A stretch of 64,000 nucleotides of DNA from a virus: the IMG/VR virus record IMGVR_UViG_3300025536_000182. One strand, given 5' to 3'. The notes below the pieces were generated by a model. That model was not told where the DNA came from. It was given only the letters and a program-made list of their open reading frames with translations, and searched no databases. This document shows, in pieces, positions 7,920 through 17,672 of this stretch. The position numbers and the translations under genes are program-made. Numbering within the stretch: position 1 is the first letter of the stretch; every line of letters begins with the position of its first letter.

Positions 7920-9389
7920 ATGAGTGCCGTCAGAAGAACAGCAAAGGGAAAGACTGTCGGAATTGGAATGCCAAATGACATAGAGCAGATAATAAAATCA
8001 GAGCTTGCAAAAATAATAATTCCAACACAGCTAAAGGACCTAAAGGAATATCACTTTAGAAGCCTAAAGACATCCGTAAAAAACTGGCGCAAAGTGCCAA
8101 CAAGATTTGTAACAATATTTGGTGCAGCAGGACCTGAGGACATCCCAGAGACAAAGCTAAAGGTAATCACAGATCATTATTCATCCACGACAAGAAAGGC
8201 ACTGAATGACGCAATACTTGAAGATCCTCTCTTGTCACCGTCAACTGACAGGAGATTCGATTCAATATTTGAGGACGGGTTTCATCTTGAATATGTCGAT
8301 GCAATTGCATACGACCCGATAAACAAAAGGCATCTTACAAAGGAGGAATCAATTGCAAGGTTCGAAATGTCAAAGACAAAGTTTGACGAATTTCTTCAGC
8401 AGCTTGAAACATGGAAAGACAACATACATCTCATTGACAACATGAGGGATTCTGCAGCTGTGTCTTTTGCACAGGGCAATGCAGCATCGCTTATTTCTCC
8501 TGGATTGCATGAGCTTACAAACGGACAGCTTCCTTTCTCAGTTGAGATAATTCACTACTCTGATCTTGGTGACGTCATTGTTGACATCGGACTTACAAAA
8601 CAGATAGTTGCAGTAAAGACAAAGTTTGAGGACAAAAAGATTTGCAGAAAAGACGAGATTGTCTACATTACAAGAAACAAGAGGGGATACAGAAAGGAGG
8701 GCAAGTTCTTTGGAACATCTCCACTTGAGCCGGTGCTTGTAATCTCAAAGTCAATCAAGAGAATATACAACTATGACATTCCAGAAGCTGTAATTGCAGC
8801 ATACATCACAAAGATACTTTTCAGATTCTTTGACGGGGTTGATGAGACAGAGGCAGCAACGTTTATCAGAAATTTCCTGACAACTGGAAAGCTTGCATTT
8901 GGAATGACAAACGTTGAGGGAATCGACGTGGTCCAGCCAAAGGTCGATACTGTAATGATTGACACTTTGGAGAAAAAGCTTGCAGACGTACTGCTGTCAG
9001 TTGTCGGTGTTCCAAAATCAATGCTCAACAGGGAGCACAATCTTAACCGCGACATTGCAACAATAGAGGCAATCCAGTTCATCAAGTTTGTAAGAAAACC
9101 AGACGAGCAGCTAATCGCAGACGAATACGAAACTCAATTGCTCAACGTCTTGCTTTCAATGCATTTCGGAGTTCCACTAAACCAGCTTCCAAAGAGAATC
9201 AAGATTGTAAGAAACATGCCAGACAAAGACCTCGATACTGTGTTTGAAGCTCAGACGAATCTGCAAAGCCAAAAGACCGAAGAGGTAAACTCTGGCAACG
9301 TTGCAACAAATCCTCTTGCAATGTTTGGCGCAGCTGGTGAAACATACAGGGTAAAAAAAGTCGGTGACGAATACATTGTCACAAACTGA
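7920..9389 (+). CDS. Portal protein
   Basis: About 490 aa, directly after TerL and before the gpF-like gene; SVVGVPKSML...IATIE portal-like region; ATG at 7920 is coupled to a 23-aa CxxC ORF (7852..7923). Confidence 0.8.
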   Translation: MSAVRRTAKGKTVGIGMPNDIEQIIKSELAKIIIPTQLKDLKEYHFRSLKTSVKNWRKVPTRFVTIFGAAGPEDIPETKLKVITDHYSSTTRKALNDAILEDPLLSPSTDRRFDSIFEDGFHLEYVDAIAYDPINKRHLTKEESIARFEMSKTKFDEFLQQLETWKDNIHLIDNMRDSAAVSFAQGNAASLISPGLHELTNGQLPFSVEIIHYSDLGDVIVDIGLTKQIVAVKTKFEDKKICRKDEIVYITRNKRGYRKEGKFFGTSPLEPVLVISKSIKRIYNYDIPEAVIAAYITKILFRFFDGVDETEAATFIRNFLTTGKLAFGMTNVEGIDVVQPKVDTVMIDTLEKKLADVLLSVVGVPKSMLNREHNLNRDIATIEAIQFIKFVRKPDEQLIADEYETQLLNVLLSMHFGVPLNQLPKRIKIVRNMPDKDLDTVFEAQTNLQSQKTEEVNSGNVATNPLAMFGAAGETYRVKKVGDEYIVTN

Positions 9390-10182
9390 GATTGTCAACA
9401 TAGTCAAAGTTGTAAAAGCAGCAAAGTCTGGAAAGCTTGAATCAAAAAAGACAGTAGACCACATGAGGTCCAGGACAACTCAGAAAACTATGCAGCTTGT
9501 AAAAACCGCAGAAAGAGAACTAATGCATATAGGAGCTGAGATAGCAACTCTCTTGGACAAAGATCCTGACATTGATGTTGAAAACAAAGTAAAACCAGAA
9601 TTCAGGTCCAGGGTAGGATCAATCATAGCAAATACAGTAAGAGAGTCTTATCTTCTCGGACTGCATTTTGTTGAGAATTTTGAAAAGCAGACCATCAAGT
9701 TCACAGAAGATCAAACTCATAAAATGAACATGCAGATAGATGAGGAGATACAAAGATTTTGGAACAACGTAAAATCAATCCAGGACAAACAGCTAAAGAA
9801 AAAATACGAAACTGAGACCAACATTTTTGGAGCTTCGTTCGGGTTTGATCTTGCAGCAGCTTTTAGCACATTTGCAAAAAACCTGACAGTCTCAATGTCC
9901 TTTCTAGCTTTGGGAGATTCAACAGTACTCTCTAAGAACCAAGCTTACCAGCAGCAGATCAGAGTCGGAAATGTCGGAATCACTGCAACTGCTATACTCG
10001 AAGCTCCAAAAATGATATGGGTATCAGAAAGAGACGGACGGGTATGTCCAGAATGCAAGAATTTGGACGGACTTGTTTTTTCAATAGACGACCCGTCTCT
10101 TCCAAGGCCTGTACGAAGCACGCATTTTGGATGCAGATGTCGATTATTGCCAATTGATGGTGGCAGGGTTTTCAACGCCTGA
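9364..10182 (+). CDS. Minor head protein, Mu gpF/SPP1 gp7-like
   Basis: WVSERDGRVCPEC...PRPVRSTHFGCRCRL signature. Confidence 0.9.
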   Translation: MTNTLSQTEIVNIVKVVKAAKSGKLESKKTVDHMRSRTTQKTMQLVKTAERELMHIGAEIATLLDKDPDIDVENKVKPEFRSRVGSIIANTVRESYLLGLHFVENFEKQTIKFTEDQTHKMNMQIDEEIQRFWNNVKSIQDKQLKKKYETETNIFGASFGFDLAAAFSTFAKNLTVSMSFLALGDSTVLSKNQAYQQQIRVGNVGITATAILEAPKMIWVSERDGRVCPECKNLDGLVFSIDDPSLPRPVRSTHFGCRCRLLPIDGGRVFNA

Positions 10183-10252
10183 TTCTTGAAAAATAAAAAA
10201 CGGTTATTTCTACCAAATTGATTCTCAATAATTTTCAAACCAGATTCATATC

Positions 10253-11521
10253 ATGATTGAAGACAAGCCTCACACTTTGGATCCAAAGGAAATTTCACAA
10301 TTAATCAAGGAAGGAGTTGAACTTGACAACTCTGGAAATCACATGTACATAATGCGTTTTGGATGGAACAACGAATGGAATCAGGCAGCTGATCCTGCAC
10401 CATTCAAAATCAAACCGCATCTTAACGAGAAGCTAAGAAAAGACGCACTTGGAATGCCATATGTTGTTCCGCCATATGGAATGCAAAAACATCTCAGAAA
10501 GAAAAAAGATGCAAAGGAACCAATGACAATCCAAGAGCAGCTTGAAGCCATACTTAACGTCCAGTCAAACTATGCAATTGGTGAAATCCAAGGATCACTT
10601 CAGTATCCGTCTGGAAATGTATGGATGATTATCGACGTATGGCCAGAGTTTCAAGCTGGTGTGGAAAGGGGATATTATCCTGAATTATGTTCTCCTACTT
10701 TTAATTTTATAAAAAATACTCCTGACGGTGTCGAGGATGCGCAGTTTCTAAATCTGCAAGCTGTTCCGAATTCCGGTTATGATCCTGAATATACGCAGAT
10801 ACAGCCTATCTGCAAAAACGGAATAAAGGAATGCATGGCAGAGATGGTTGCATATGGAGCTTCTGGCGGTCTTCTAAAAGCAAGAAAAGAAGGTAAATCT
10901 TTCTCTAATAGAATTATCGGGGCATCAGGAGTTATGAGCGAAGAACAAGGGTCTGAAAAAACTGCCGAAAGCAGAATATCAGATCTAGAATCCGGTATGG
11001 CGGAAATCTCAAAGCGTGTGTCAAGCATGGAACCAAAGCTTGATGCAATAGCTGAAAAGATTCTGAAAGAAAATCCGGCAGCTGATCCACCTGCTGATGC
11101 AGCAATTAGCGGTGCAGCTGGTAAAACACAACTAGAACTTTTGAAAAAAGAGTTAGATCAACTCAAAGAAAATGATGCTACAAACACAAAACTTGTAAAA
11201 CAATTCGAAAAAGAAAAACAAGAGACTGAGAAAAAACTCAGATTAGCACAAGCAACATCAATTGTTGAACGAGTACACAAAAACGACAAGCTTGACGAAA
11301 AAGCAAAGATTGCAAAAATCAACGAGTATGTCGAGATGAAGGATGCAGCTGGAAATCCTAGAGATTTGGAACTTTTGGACAATACTCTGAAATCTGTAAT
11401 TCCAGAACCAACAGAATCATCTGGAATCTCCGGAGCATATGGTTTGTTCAGACCAGAATCAACAACTGAAACAACAAACAGACCAAAGAATTCTGAAATC
11501 ATGGAGGCGATAAGAAGTTGA
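10253..11521 (+). CDS. Prohead protease-scaffold fusion
   Basis: N-terminal ~200 aa has a His (QKHL) and CSPTF...LNLQAVPNSGY, resembling Mu gpI-type proteases; C-terminal half is coiled coil; position fits. Confidence 0.75.
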   Translation: MIEDKPHTLDPKEISQLIKEGVELDNSGNHMYIMRFGWNNEWNQAADPAPFKIKPHLNEKLRKDALGMPYVVPPYGMQKHLRKKKDAKEPMTIQEQLEAILNVQSNYAIGEIQGSLQYPSGNVWMIIDVWPEFQAGVERGYYPELCSPTFNFIKNTPDGVEDAQFLNLQAVPNSGYDPEYTQIQPICKNGIKECMAEMVAYGASGGLLKARKEGKSFSNRIIGASGVMSEEQGSEKTAESRISDLESGMAEISKRVSSMEPKLDAIAEKILKENPAADPPADAAISGAAGKTQLELLKKELDQLKENDATNTKLVKQFEKEKQETEKKLRLAQATSIVERVHKNDKLDEKAKIAKINEYVEMKDAAGNPRDLELLDNTLKSVIPEPTESSGISGAYGLFRPESTTETTNRPKNSEIMEAIRS

Positions 11522-12105
11522 GCTCATTAGGTTCAGTTCTTAACAAATCTGCATCACTCGTAAGAGTGACAGCAATTGTCAAAATAGGGCAATCGTTGAC
11601 ACCAGGACTTGTCTACAGAAATGCAGCAAGAGACTGGAGAAATGCTCCAACCGATGGAAGCAAGCTTGCAAAAGATCTATACTGGAACGAGGAAACAGTT
11701 GCAGTAAACACCAAAGAAGTCAAGATCACTGTCTATGACTTGGAAGGCTTGATGGTCATTGGAAAATCCGATGGCATAATTCCAGTAGGTGGAGAAGTAA
11801 AAGCATCCACCACATCTGCACATGGTGGTCAGTTAATCACCAACCCAGAGCCAACATCTGCATTTACAGCAGCTGACGGTTCGACTGTTGACGGAACTTA
11901 TGGTGCTGAAGAAGCATTGGTAGTTGCAAACAACGTCACCAGAATTGCAGAACTTGTAACAAGGGAAGCAGCAATAAGAACCTGGGTGAAACACACAGTA
12001 GGTCATTACCTTGGACACGAGACAGCACTCCGTGAAAATGGTGAATTGATTGACTCTGTTGATGAAGATGAGGACTGCGTCTTCGTATTGAGGAGGGGCA
12101 AGTAA
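11518..12105 (+). CDS. Head decoration/cement protein (putative)
   Basis: Beta-rich 195-aa ORF between scaffold and capsid genes, the usual position of lambda gpD-like genes. Confidence 0.5.
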   Translation: MSSLGSVLNKSASLVRVTAIVKIGQSLTPGLVYRNAARDWRNAPTDGSKLAKDLYWNEETVAVNTKEVKITVYDLEGLMVIGKSDGIIPVGGEVKASTTSAHGGQLITNPEPTSAFTAADGSTVDGTYGAEEALVVANNVTRIAELVTREAAIRTWVKHTVGHYLGHETALRENGELIDSVDEDEDCVFVLRRGK

Positions 12106-12107
12106 TC

Positions 12108-13307
12108 ATGAACGGAATATCAAAACAACAATCCATTCAAGCAGAAGTTCTTGAAGCGCGACTTGCACAAAACGGTTCAATGCAAAAGTCAGCATTGACT
12201 GTACTTGGAAACAAGATTTACTTGGGAGATGGTCGAGAACATGGTCTTTCCAAAAAAGACATCATGATTCATCTTGATCCTTGGAACCAAGCTCAAATCT
12301 ACGGTGCATCTGGTGAGACAGACAAAATGGACGGACTCAAAATGTTTGGCGACAAATATTATGAGATGTATGGAGACTTCAAAAAAATAGACGACATCAT
12401 ACAGCAATATCCGTACATAACAGCAAACGACATTGTGGTAAGTGGTGCAGCTGGTGAGGCCGCAATCACAAACTATGAGACAATTCGTCAGTCTGGAAAA
12501 CTCGCAGCAGACATCTCAGGACTGCAAAGAATCCTAGAGGATCTAACTGCAGTGAACATCGCAAAGAAAGAAACAACTGACAGATTCAAACATGAATACA
12601 TCAGAAAGACATCCGCAGTACTAACTGCTGACAAAGAACTGGCAGATGACCAGCTACCTGGTGACATCAGACCTGCCTTTGCAGTAGGAGAGTATGAGAT
12701 CTTTGCAGATGGAACATCATACAAGACCAACCTTAGAGATAAGGAGTTGAAGATTGATGTTGCAGCAGAAATTGCAAAAGAGATACCTGGAATGTTTGCA
12801 CAGACACAAGAGGACAAAGTAATTGCATTGGTAAACGCCATTACTGGTAACAACCAGGGCGATTGGGATGCAAGAACATCTGGAATCTTTGATGTCAGAG
12901 CAGCATCACAAATCGACACAGCAGTTGCAGCAGTCAAAGGCTATGGCGGACCTATAGTCTGTCTAATGCCATCTGACACATGGAGACTCTATGAGGACAA
13001 CGTAGGAGAGGGATACTTGGGACAAAAACCAGGTAACAAGACAACACAAACTCCTGACTCCAAACACGGAATGCTCAGAGCAAATCCAAATGTAGAGTAC
13101 TGGCTCAATGATAGCGTAACTACACAAACCTACATCATTGCAGCACTGAACTCGTACATGAAGCACATCCAAGGAATGATTATCAAAACATCATTCAAAG
13201 ATGTTAGAACTGCAGGTCAGACAGAGACTACATTCGAATTCAATTACAACGGTGTATTTGAAGACGAAACAAGTGCGCAATACAAAGGAACATCTGTAGG
13301 AGCATAA
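12108..13307 (+). CDS. Major capsid protein (HK97-fold, inferred)
   Basis: 399 aa; head-module position; followed by a strong T-rich terminator; VCLMPSDTWRLY resembles the capsid A-domain pattern. Confidence 0.8.
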   Translation: MNGISKQQSIQAEVLEARLAQNGSMQKSALTVLGNKIYLGDGREHGLSKKDIMIHLDPWNQAQIYGASGETDKMDGLKMFGDKYYEMYGDFKKIDDIIQQYPYITANDIVVSGAAGEAAITNYETIRQSGKLAADISGLQRILEDLTAVNIAKKETTDRFKHEYIRKTSAVLTADKELADDQLPGDIRPAFAVGEYEIFADGTSYKTNLRDKELKIDVAAEIAKEIPGMFAQTQEDKVIALVNAITGNNQGDWDARTSGIFDVRAASQIDTAVAAVKGYGGPIVCLMPSDTWRLYEDNVGEGYLGQKPGNKTTQTPDSKHGMLRANPNVEYWLNDSVTTQTYIIAALNSYMKHIQGMIIKTSFKDVRTAGQTETTFEFNYNGVFEDETSAQYKGTSVGA

Positions 13308-13318
13308 ATCCAAGAGAA

Positions 13319-13350
13319 TTTTTTTCCTTCTCTTTTCCTTTTACTTTTGA
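13319..13350 (+). terminator. Archaeal oligo-T terminator after the capsid gene
   Basis: ttttttttccttctcttttccttttacttttg-like pyrimidine tract directly after the stop codon. Confidence 0.6.
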
Positions 13351-13359
13351 ATTTACCTA

Positions 13360-14172
13360 ATGGTAAAAGACGAACAAAGTGGAACTAACGAGTCCGCACA
13401 ACTACAACAAAAACACGAGAAATTTTTAAGCAAACTCGAAGAAAAAATGCAAAAAGAAAATTTTACAGAAGAGCAGCGTGATGTAATCACAAGCCTTGCA
13501 AAAGAATGCAGTCCAGGGGACAGAGATGCAATCAAAAACATTGCATCCAAGATGCAAGAATTTTTTGAGGCAAACAACAAATCCGAAGATTCAGAACCTG
13601 AAGAAAAAGAACTCTCAGATTTTGAAAAACTTGAAAGTGTCAAAGACTTTGAGCAATTCATCATCTTTGCAAAGGCAACTCAGATCATACCATCTGATGC
13701 AGAAGTGGAGGAATTCTCAGAAAGAGAGCAGAGTGACTTTGTTTCAAAATACAAACTATGGTTGAAGAACGGAAAACCAGCAGCTGTGAATCCTTTGGGA
13801 AGTGAGGAACCTGAAAAAATACTGAGACTTGCAAGAGTCAAGGCATTTGGAAAGCAAAAGCTTACAGCTGTAATCAAAGGCAAAGACATTCCGATGGGAG
13901 TCGAGCTTGTACCTGAATACAGAAAGTATAGGGAAAACGGAATTGAAAAAACCGACAAGACAAAAGTGCTCTCTCATAAGGTCAGATATACGATTGACTA
14001 CACAGACAAACTCGCAGCAGAACTTGTAAAGAGATGCGAGAACGAAGCTGAAAGCCCTGAATTCACTTTCAAGGAAGGAGGCAGAACAATCTACATCAGA
14101 GACTACAAGAAAAACTTCAGAAGAGACTTTGATGAAGTGATGAAGGACTCACGAGCTGGCATTCCAGTCTAA
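13360..14172 (+). CDS. Hypothetical virion-module protein
   Basis: 270-aa charged ORF between capsid and neck genes. Confidence 0.75.
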   Translation: MVKDEQSGTNESAQLQQKHEKFLSKLEEKMQKENFTEEQRDVITSLAKECSPGDRDAIKNIASKMQEFFEANNKSEDSEPEEKELSDFEKLESVKDFEQFIIFAKATQIIPSDAEVEEFSEREQSDFVSKYKLWLKNGKPAAVNPLGSEEPEKILRLARVKAFGKQKLTAVIKGKDIPMGVELVPEYRKYRENGIEKTDKTKVLSHKVRYTIDYTDKLAAELVKRCENEAESPEFTFKEGGRTIYIRDYKKNFRRDFDEVMKDSRAGIPV

Positions 14173-14201
14173 TCCTTCTTTTTTTCCTTTTTTTTTATTT
14201 T
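14173..14201 (+). terminator. Oligo-T terminator
   Basis: tccttctttttttccttttttttatttt after the stop codon. Confidence 0.55.
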
Positions 14202-14206
14202 AACTC

Positions 14207-14650
14207 ATGGCACTTGTATTTACTGACGCTGGAGATAACACATCTGCAAAACGTGTGGCAAGGGTTAGACGTTTGGCTGGCAACTTAAGCAGCAGTGATA
14301 TTTCAGATGATGACACTATTGAAATAATCAACAGGCAAGATGATTGGATGCTAATGCATATTGGCATCACGGATTCTGCAAATTTTACAAGCAGCGATTC
14401 CAGATGGACACAAGGCCTACAAGCTGGCGAACTTATGGCAGCAGCAGAAATAAACGATGGCATTCCGACAAACTCTGCTGCATCAAAGGCAAAGGACCAA
14501 AGACTTGCAGCCAGAGACATAATCAAGGCGATGAACAAAAAGGACTCTGACATACAGCAGACAACAATAACCACGATATCTGACGGTGTGAACATTACAA
14601 ACGAACTGGATCCTGCAAACTATACGCCAGAGCAGGACGTGTTCGGATAA
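14207..14650 (+). CDS. Head-tail adaptor (putative)
   Basis: RVRRLAGNLSSSDISDDDTIEII resembles the N-terminus of SPP1 gp15/HK97 gp6-type adaptors; position fits. Confidence 0.6.
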   Translation: MALVFTDAGDNTSAKRVARVRRLAGNLSSSDISDDDTIEIINRQDDWMLMHIGITDSANFTSSDSRWTQGLQAGELMAAAEINDGIPTNSAASKAKDQRLAARDIIKAMNKKDSDIQQTTITTISDGVNITNELDPANYTPEQDVFG

Positions 14651-14663
14651 CATCAGGTGTCAC

Positions 14664-15203
14664 ATGACAATCACTGTAGAGCATCTTGAGGGGGCACTTG
14701 AAGGATTTGATGAAACCATCAGACACCTGATATCTAGAAACTGGACTGCTGCAAATACGGAATCCAAGACTCCAAAGTTCCTGTCTCCACATGGAAGAGA
14801 TACGGACGCAAGCTCAGCAACTGAGCAAGTCTCACCGAACTCCTGGGCGATGCACAAAAACAAGGATTTGATTAGATTCAAGCAGCAGCAAACAATCAGA
14901 AACGACCCAGGATCTATTGGAAATGGAACTATCAGATTAATCACGTTTGTCTATATCGAAATTTTTGCAGAAACAAACCACAGAAAATTATTATTCGGAG
15001 AGGAAGTCAACAGAATAATATTTGAAAACATTCCAAACAGCTCAACCCGACTTGTAAAATCAGACAACACTAATGACTCTGCAATACACACTTTTGACAG
15101 ACAGAACATAGAATGGAACGAGAGAGGATCTTTTGAAGATGCGGGAATAATCAGATTTCTGGAAGGAGAGATAGGATGTCTGTGGCAGAAGAGAAGATCA
15201 TGA
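14664..15203 (+). CDS. Neck/tail terminator protein (putative)
   Basis: Position upstream of the tail tube gene; VYIEIFAE...EEVNRII alpha/beta pattern. Confidence 0.5.
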   Translation: MTITVEHLEGALEGFDETIRHLISRNWTAANTESKTPKFLSPHGRDTDASSATEQVSPNSWAMHKNKDLIRFKQQQTIRNDPGSIGNGTIRLITFVYIEIFAETNHRKLLFGEEVNRIIFENIPNSSTRLVKSDNTNDSAIHTFDRQNIEWNERGSFEDAGIIRFLEGEIGCLWQKRRS

Positions 15204-15238
15204 TTTGGTTCTTTTTTACAAAAAGGTAAGAATGAGCA

Positions 15239-15601
15239 ATGATGAAGACTGAAACTGATTTGGAAAAGATGTCAACTGACGAGATAGTCCAAATTCTGGA
15301 ATCAAAAACAGGTATTAAACTACCTGCAAAAATAAAAACAAAAAGACTGTATGTTCTTGACCTGTTCAAGAACAAGCTTCATGGAATAGAATACATCAGA
15401 AATGACGAGGAAGTTAAAAATAAAATTATAATTAAAAAAGAAAGGGTTGCAAAAAAAGTCACAATGAAAGACTGTACAAACTGCAAATCTAAAAATTCTC
15501 TGTGGTCTCAACCATTGCCAAAAGAATCTGGAATGGAAGGATCCAGTTGGTGTTCAAAATGCGGATTCTGGGAAATTCCAAAAAAGGAGAATGAGTCATA
15601 A
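15239..15601 (+). CDS. Hypothetical protein with C-terminal zinc ribbon
   Basis: CTNC...CSKCGFWE. Confidence 0.65.
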   Translation: MMKTETDLEKMSTDEIVQILESKTGIKLPAKIKTKRLYVLDLFKNKLHGIEYIRNDEEVKNKIIIKKERVAKKVTMKDCTNCKSKNSLWSQPLPKESGMEGSSWCSKCGFWEIPKKENES

Positions 15602-16506
15602 TGGGAGCTCAGCAACTAATTACTCATCGTAATACTAACAAGAAAGTTCAGTCAGTGGACGAAGGAATTACAGCAGCCACTTATGCTGTCACTCCAACGA
15701 ATCCTGCTTTTGCATGTCATGGGCAGGATGCAGTACTGATAAAATCTCCAAATCCAATTGTAGCTGAAAAAAGAATTGGAGGATCAGTAGCTAGACAATC
15801 CATTACAAAAACCAGAGAAGTAAACCGAGTTACTTACAGAGGAAAACTAATGACTGCCGATGAAGCTCTATTGGCTTGGTGTGCTAATACAGCAGCAGGA
15901 GATGGAACTTGTGACGATTCAAGAACTTTTTTCTACAGTTGGGATACTGACGGAGGAACTGAAACATTTGAACAATTTCTAGGATGCAAGCCTGAATCAT
16001 GGAGCCTTTCAATTGATGGGTCTGGATTTATTATTTTACAAATCGAGATGAGCTGCAAAACCATAACAATCGACACATCAGGTCCAACAATCGGAGCGGG
16101 AAGCTATGGAACACCACTTACGGGAACTCCACTAGCACACATTGACTCTGGAGCAGCACCATTCACATACAACTCTGGAGCATTGGAAGTGAGAAACTTT
16201 TCAATATCTGGAGTTAATACGATGGGTCCACAAGATTCGCTAGGATCTATCAGTGACCTTTATCGTAAAGTGACACAGCAAAGTTACTCTGGAACTGCTG
16301 TCATTTTCAAGTCTGATGATACAGAAGATACTGATGCAAGAGCAAGAACTGAAAGAACCGCAGTTTATGTCATTGACACTGGACAAATTACTATGACCAT
16401 GACGAGATTTTCATTTATGCCTAGTGGAGAGGATTTGTCTGGAGACAACGCAGATGTAACAATGGAAAACAAGAACTTTGAGTGCGACGTTGTTGCGATA
16501 ACATAG
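15601..16506 (+). CDS. Major tail (tube) protein
   Basis: 301 aa, T/G/S-rich and beta-rich; FLGCKPESWSLSID pattern; upstream of chaperone and tape measure genes. Confidence 0.75.
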   Translation: MGAQQLITHRNTNKKVQSVDEGITAATYAVTPTNPAFACHGQDAVLIKSPNPIVAEKRIGGSVARQSITKTREVNRVTYRGKLMTADEALLAWCANTAAGDGTCDDSRTFFYSWDTDGGTETFEQFLGCKPESWSLSIDGSGFIILQIEMSCKTITIDTSGPTIGAGSYGTPLTGTPLAHIDSGAAPFTYNSGALEVRNFSISGVNTMGPQDSLGSISDLYRKVTQQSYSGTAVIFKSDDTEDTDARARTERTAVYVIDTGQITMTMTRFSFMPSGEDLSGDNADVTMENKNFECDVVAIT

Positions 16507-16515
16507 GAGTCTGTA

Positions 16516-17046
16516 TTGTCTGAGAGAAAAAATCCACAGGAAGAAATTCAAAATACTGCAAAGGAAATCCAGGACTATTTCAAAGATCCTGATTTTGGAG
16601 TTGACACTGACAGACTAATCGCATTTGTAGACAAGAAAAAAATTACATGGAAGATAAGGCCTGACGGACATACAAAACTAGTAAGAGATAAGATTATTGC
16701 AATTCAAGACCAGTACAAGAAAGACTTTGAAGCATACGAAGCTCTCTCAGAAAAAGAACAGAGTAATTCCCTCCGATACTCTATCGCTGAGAAAGCTACA
16801 AAAGCAATACTGGAAACTGGTCTGATTGGATTCAACTATGACGATATGGCAAACCATGAAGCAGGAGGTCCATCCGTCCTGCAGATGCTATCAAACGAGG
16901 TATCTATTTTTTTAGTGGAAAGCGGAGGGAGGGCAGGACATCAGCTCTTGCTAATGCAGCGAAAACTGGGTACACTCAACCAATTAATTTCTTCGATGGA
17001 CTTGTCGAAATCTGGAACATCTTCCAATGGTCAAGGAACAACATAG
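16516..17046 (+). CDS. Tail assembly chaperone (gpG-like; 0-frame product)
   Basis: Between tail tube and tape measure genes; contains an in-frame slippery heptamer T TTT TTA at 16908-16914. Confidence 0.7.
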   Translation: MSERKNPQEEIQNTAKEIQDYFKDPDFGVDTDRLIAFVDKKKITWKIRPDGHTKLVRDKIIAIQDQYKKDFEAYEALSEKEQSNSLRYSIAEKATKAILETGLIGFNYDDMANHEAGGPSVLQMLSNEVSIFLVESGGRAGHQLLLMQRKLGTLNQLISSMDLSKSGTSSNGQGTT

Positions 17047-17138
17047 GTACGGTCTGCGAGCTTCACGAAATAGTTAACGGAAAAAAACCCACACTTGAAG
17101 ATCTGATGGAATACAATATCCTGGCGAGGAATTCCTGA
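16914..17138 (+). CDS. -1 frameshift extension of the tail chaperone (gpGT-like)
   Basis: The -1 frame is open for 74 codons after the slippery site and ends in a TGA overlapping the next ATG (TGATG). Confidence 0.65.
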   Translation, partial: SGKRREGRTSALANAAKTGYTQPINFFDGLVEIWNIFQWSRNNIGTVCELHEIVNGKKPTLEDLMEYNILARNS

Positions 17139-17632
17139 TGGCATTCATTGAGGGAAAAATACACCTGGGAGATATTGAAAAGGAACTTGATTCAATGGAT
17201 TCCAATTTTATAAAATACCAGGAAGCGGTACTAAAAGATCTTCAGGATATTTTCATAAAAAACGTAGAAAAGAAAGCTCCAAAAAAAACAGGAAAATATT
17301 CCAAGTCGTGGAAAGCTGGTCCAATCAATGGCAACAAGGCAACAATCTACACTCCATTTGGAATGCTCTACGCAATGCTTGAATGGACTGGAAGAAGTCC
17401 TGGAAGAATTTCTGGAAAACTGATGGTCTTTGAAGCTGAGACAGGAGAAACCATATTCACTATGAAAATAGATCATCCAGGATTTGATTCTGTTCCGCAT
17501 GTCAGACCAGCTCTAAAAAAGACAATGGCTGAATCATCCCCTGTATTGTTTGCACATTTGGACAAGCTATCAAGGATGTTTGACAAAGTTGCAAAGCAGA
17601 ACAAAACAAAAGCGGAGAATCTGAAAAAATGA
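17138..17632 (+). CDS. HK97 gp10-like tail completion protein
   Basis: APKKTGKYSKSW...YAMLEWTG...HPG...PHVRPAL matches the AP-DTG-L--S...YA-yvE-GT...HPG...PF-rPA family pattern. Confidence 0.75.
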   Translation: MAFIEGKIHLGDIEKELDSMDSNFIKYQEAVLKDLQDIFIKNVEKKAPKKTGKYSKSWKAGPINGNKATIYTPFGMLYAMLEWTGRSPGRISGKLMVFEAETGETIFTMKIDHPGFDSVPHVRPALKKTMAESSPVLFAHLDKLSRMFDKVAKQNKTKAENLKK

Positions 17633-17672
17633 TTGAATTGTTACTTAAACTCACAGATGGGGAATTGATTCC

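Noticed and set aside
10253-11521. Adenovirus-type cysteine protease as the enzyme for the GA[A/S]G motif (similar to the (M/I/L)xGx|G consensus)
   Set aside because: The spacing differs by one residue, and the candidate protease shows His/Ser motifs of the Mu gpI/assemblin type rather than a Cys-His dyad.
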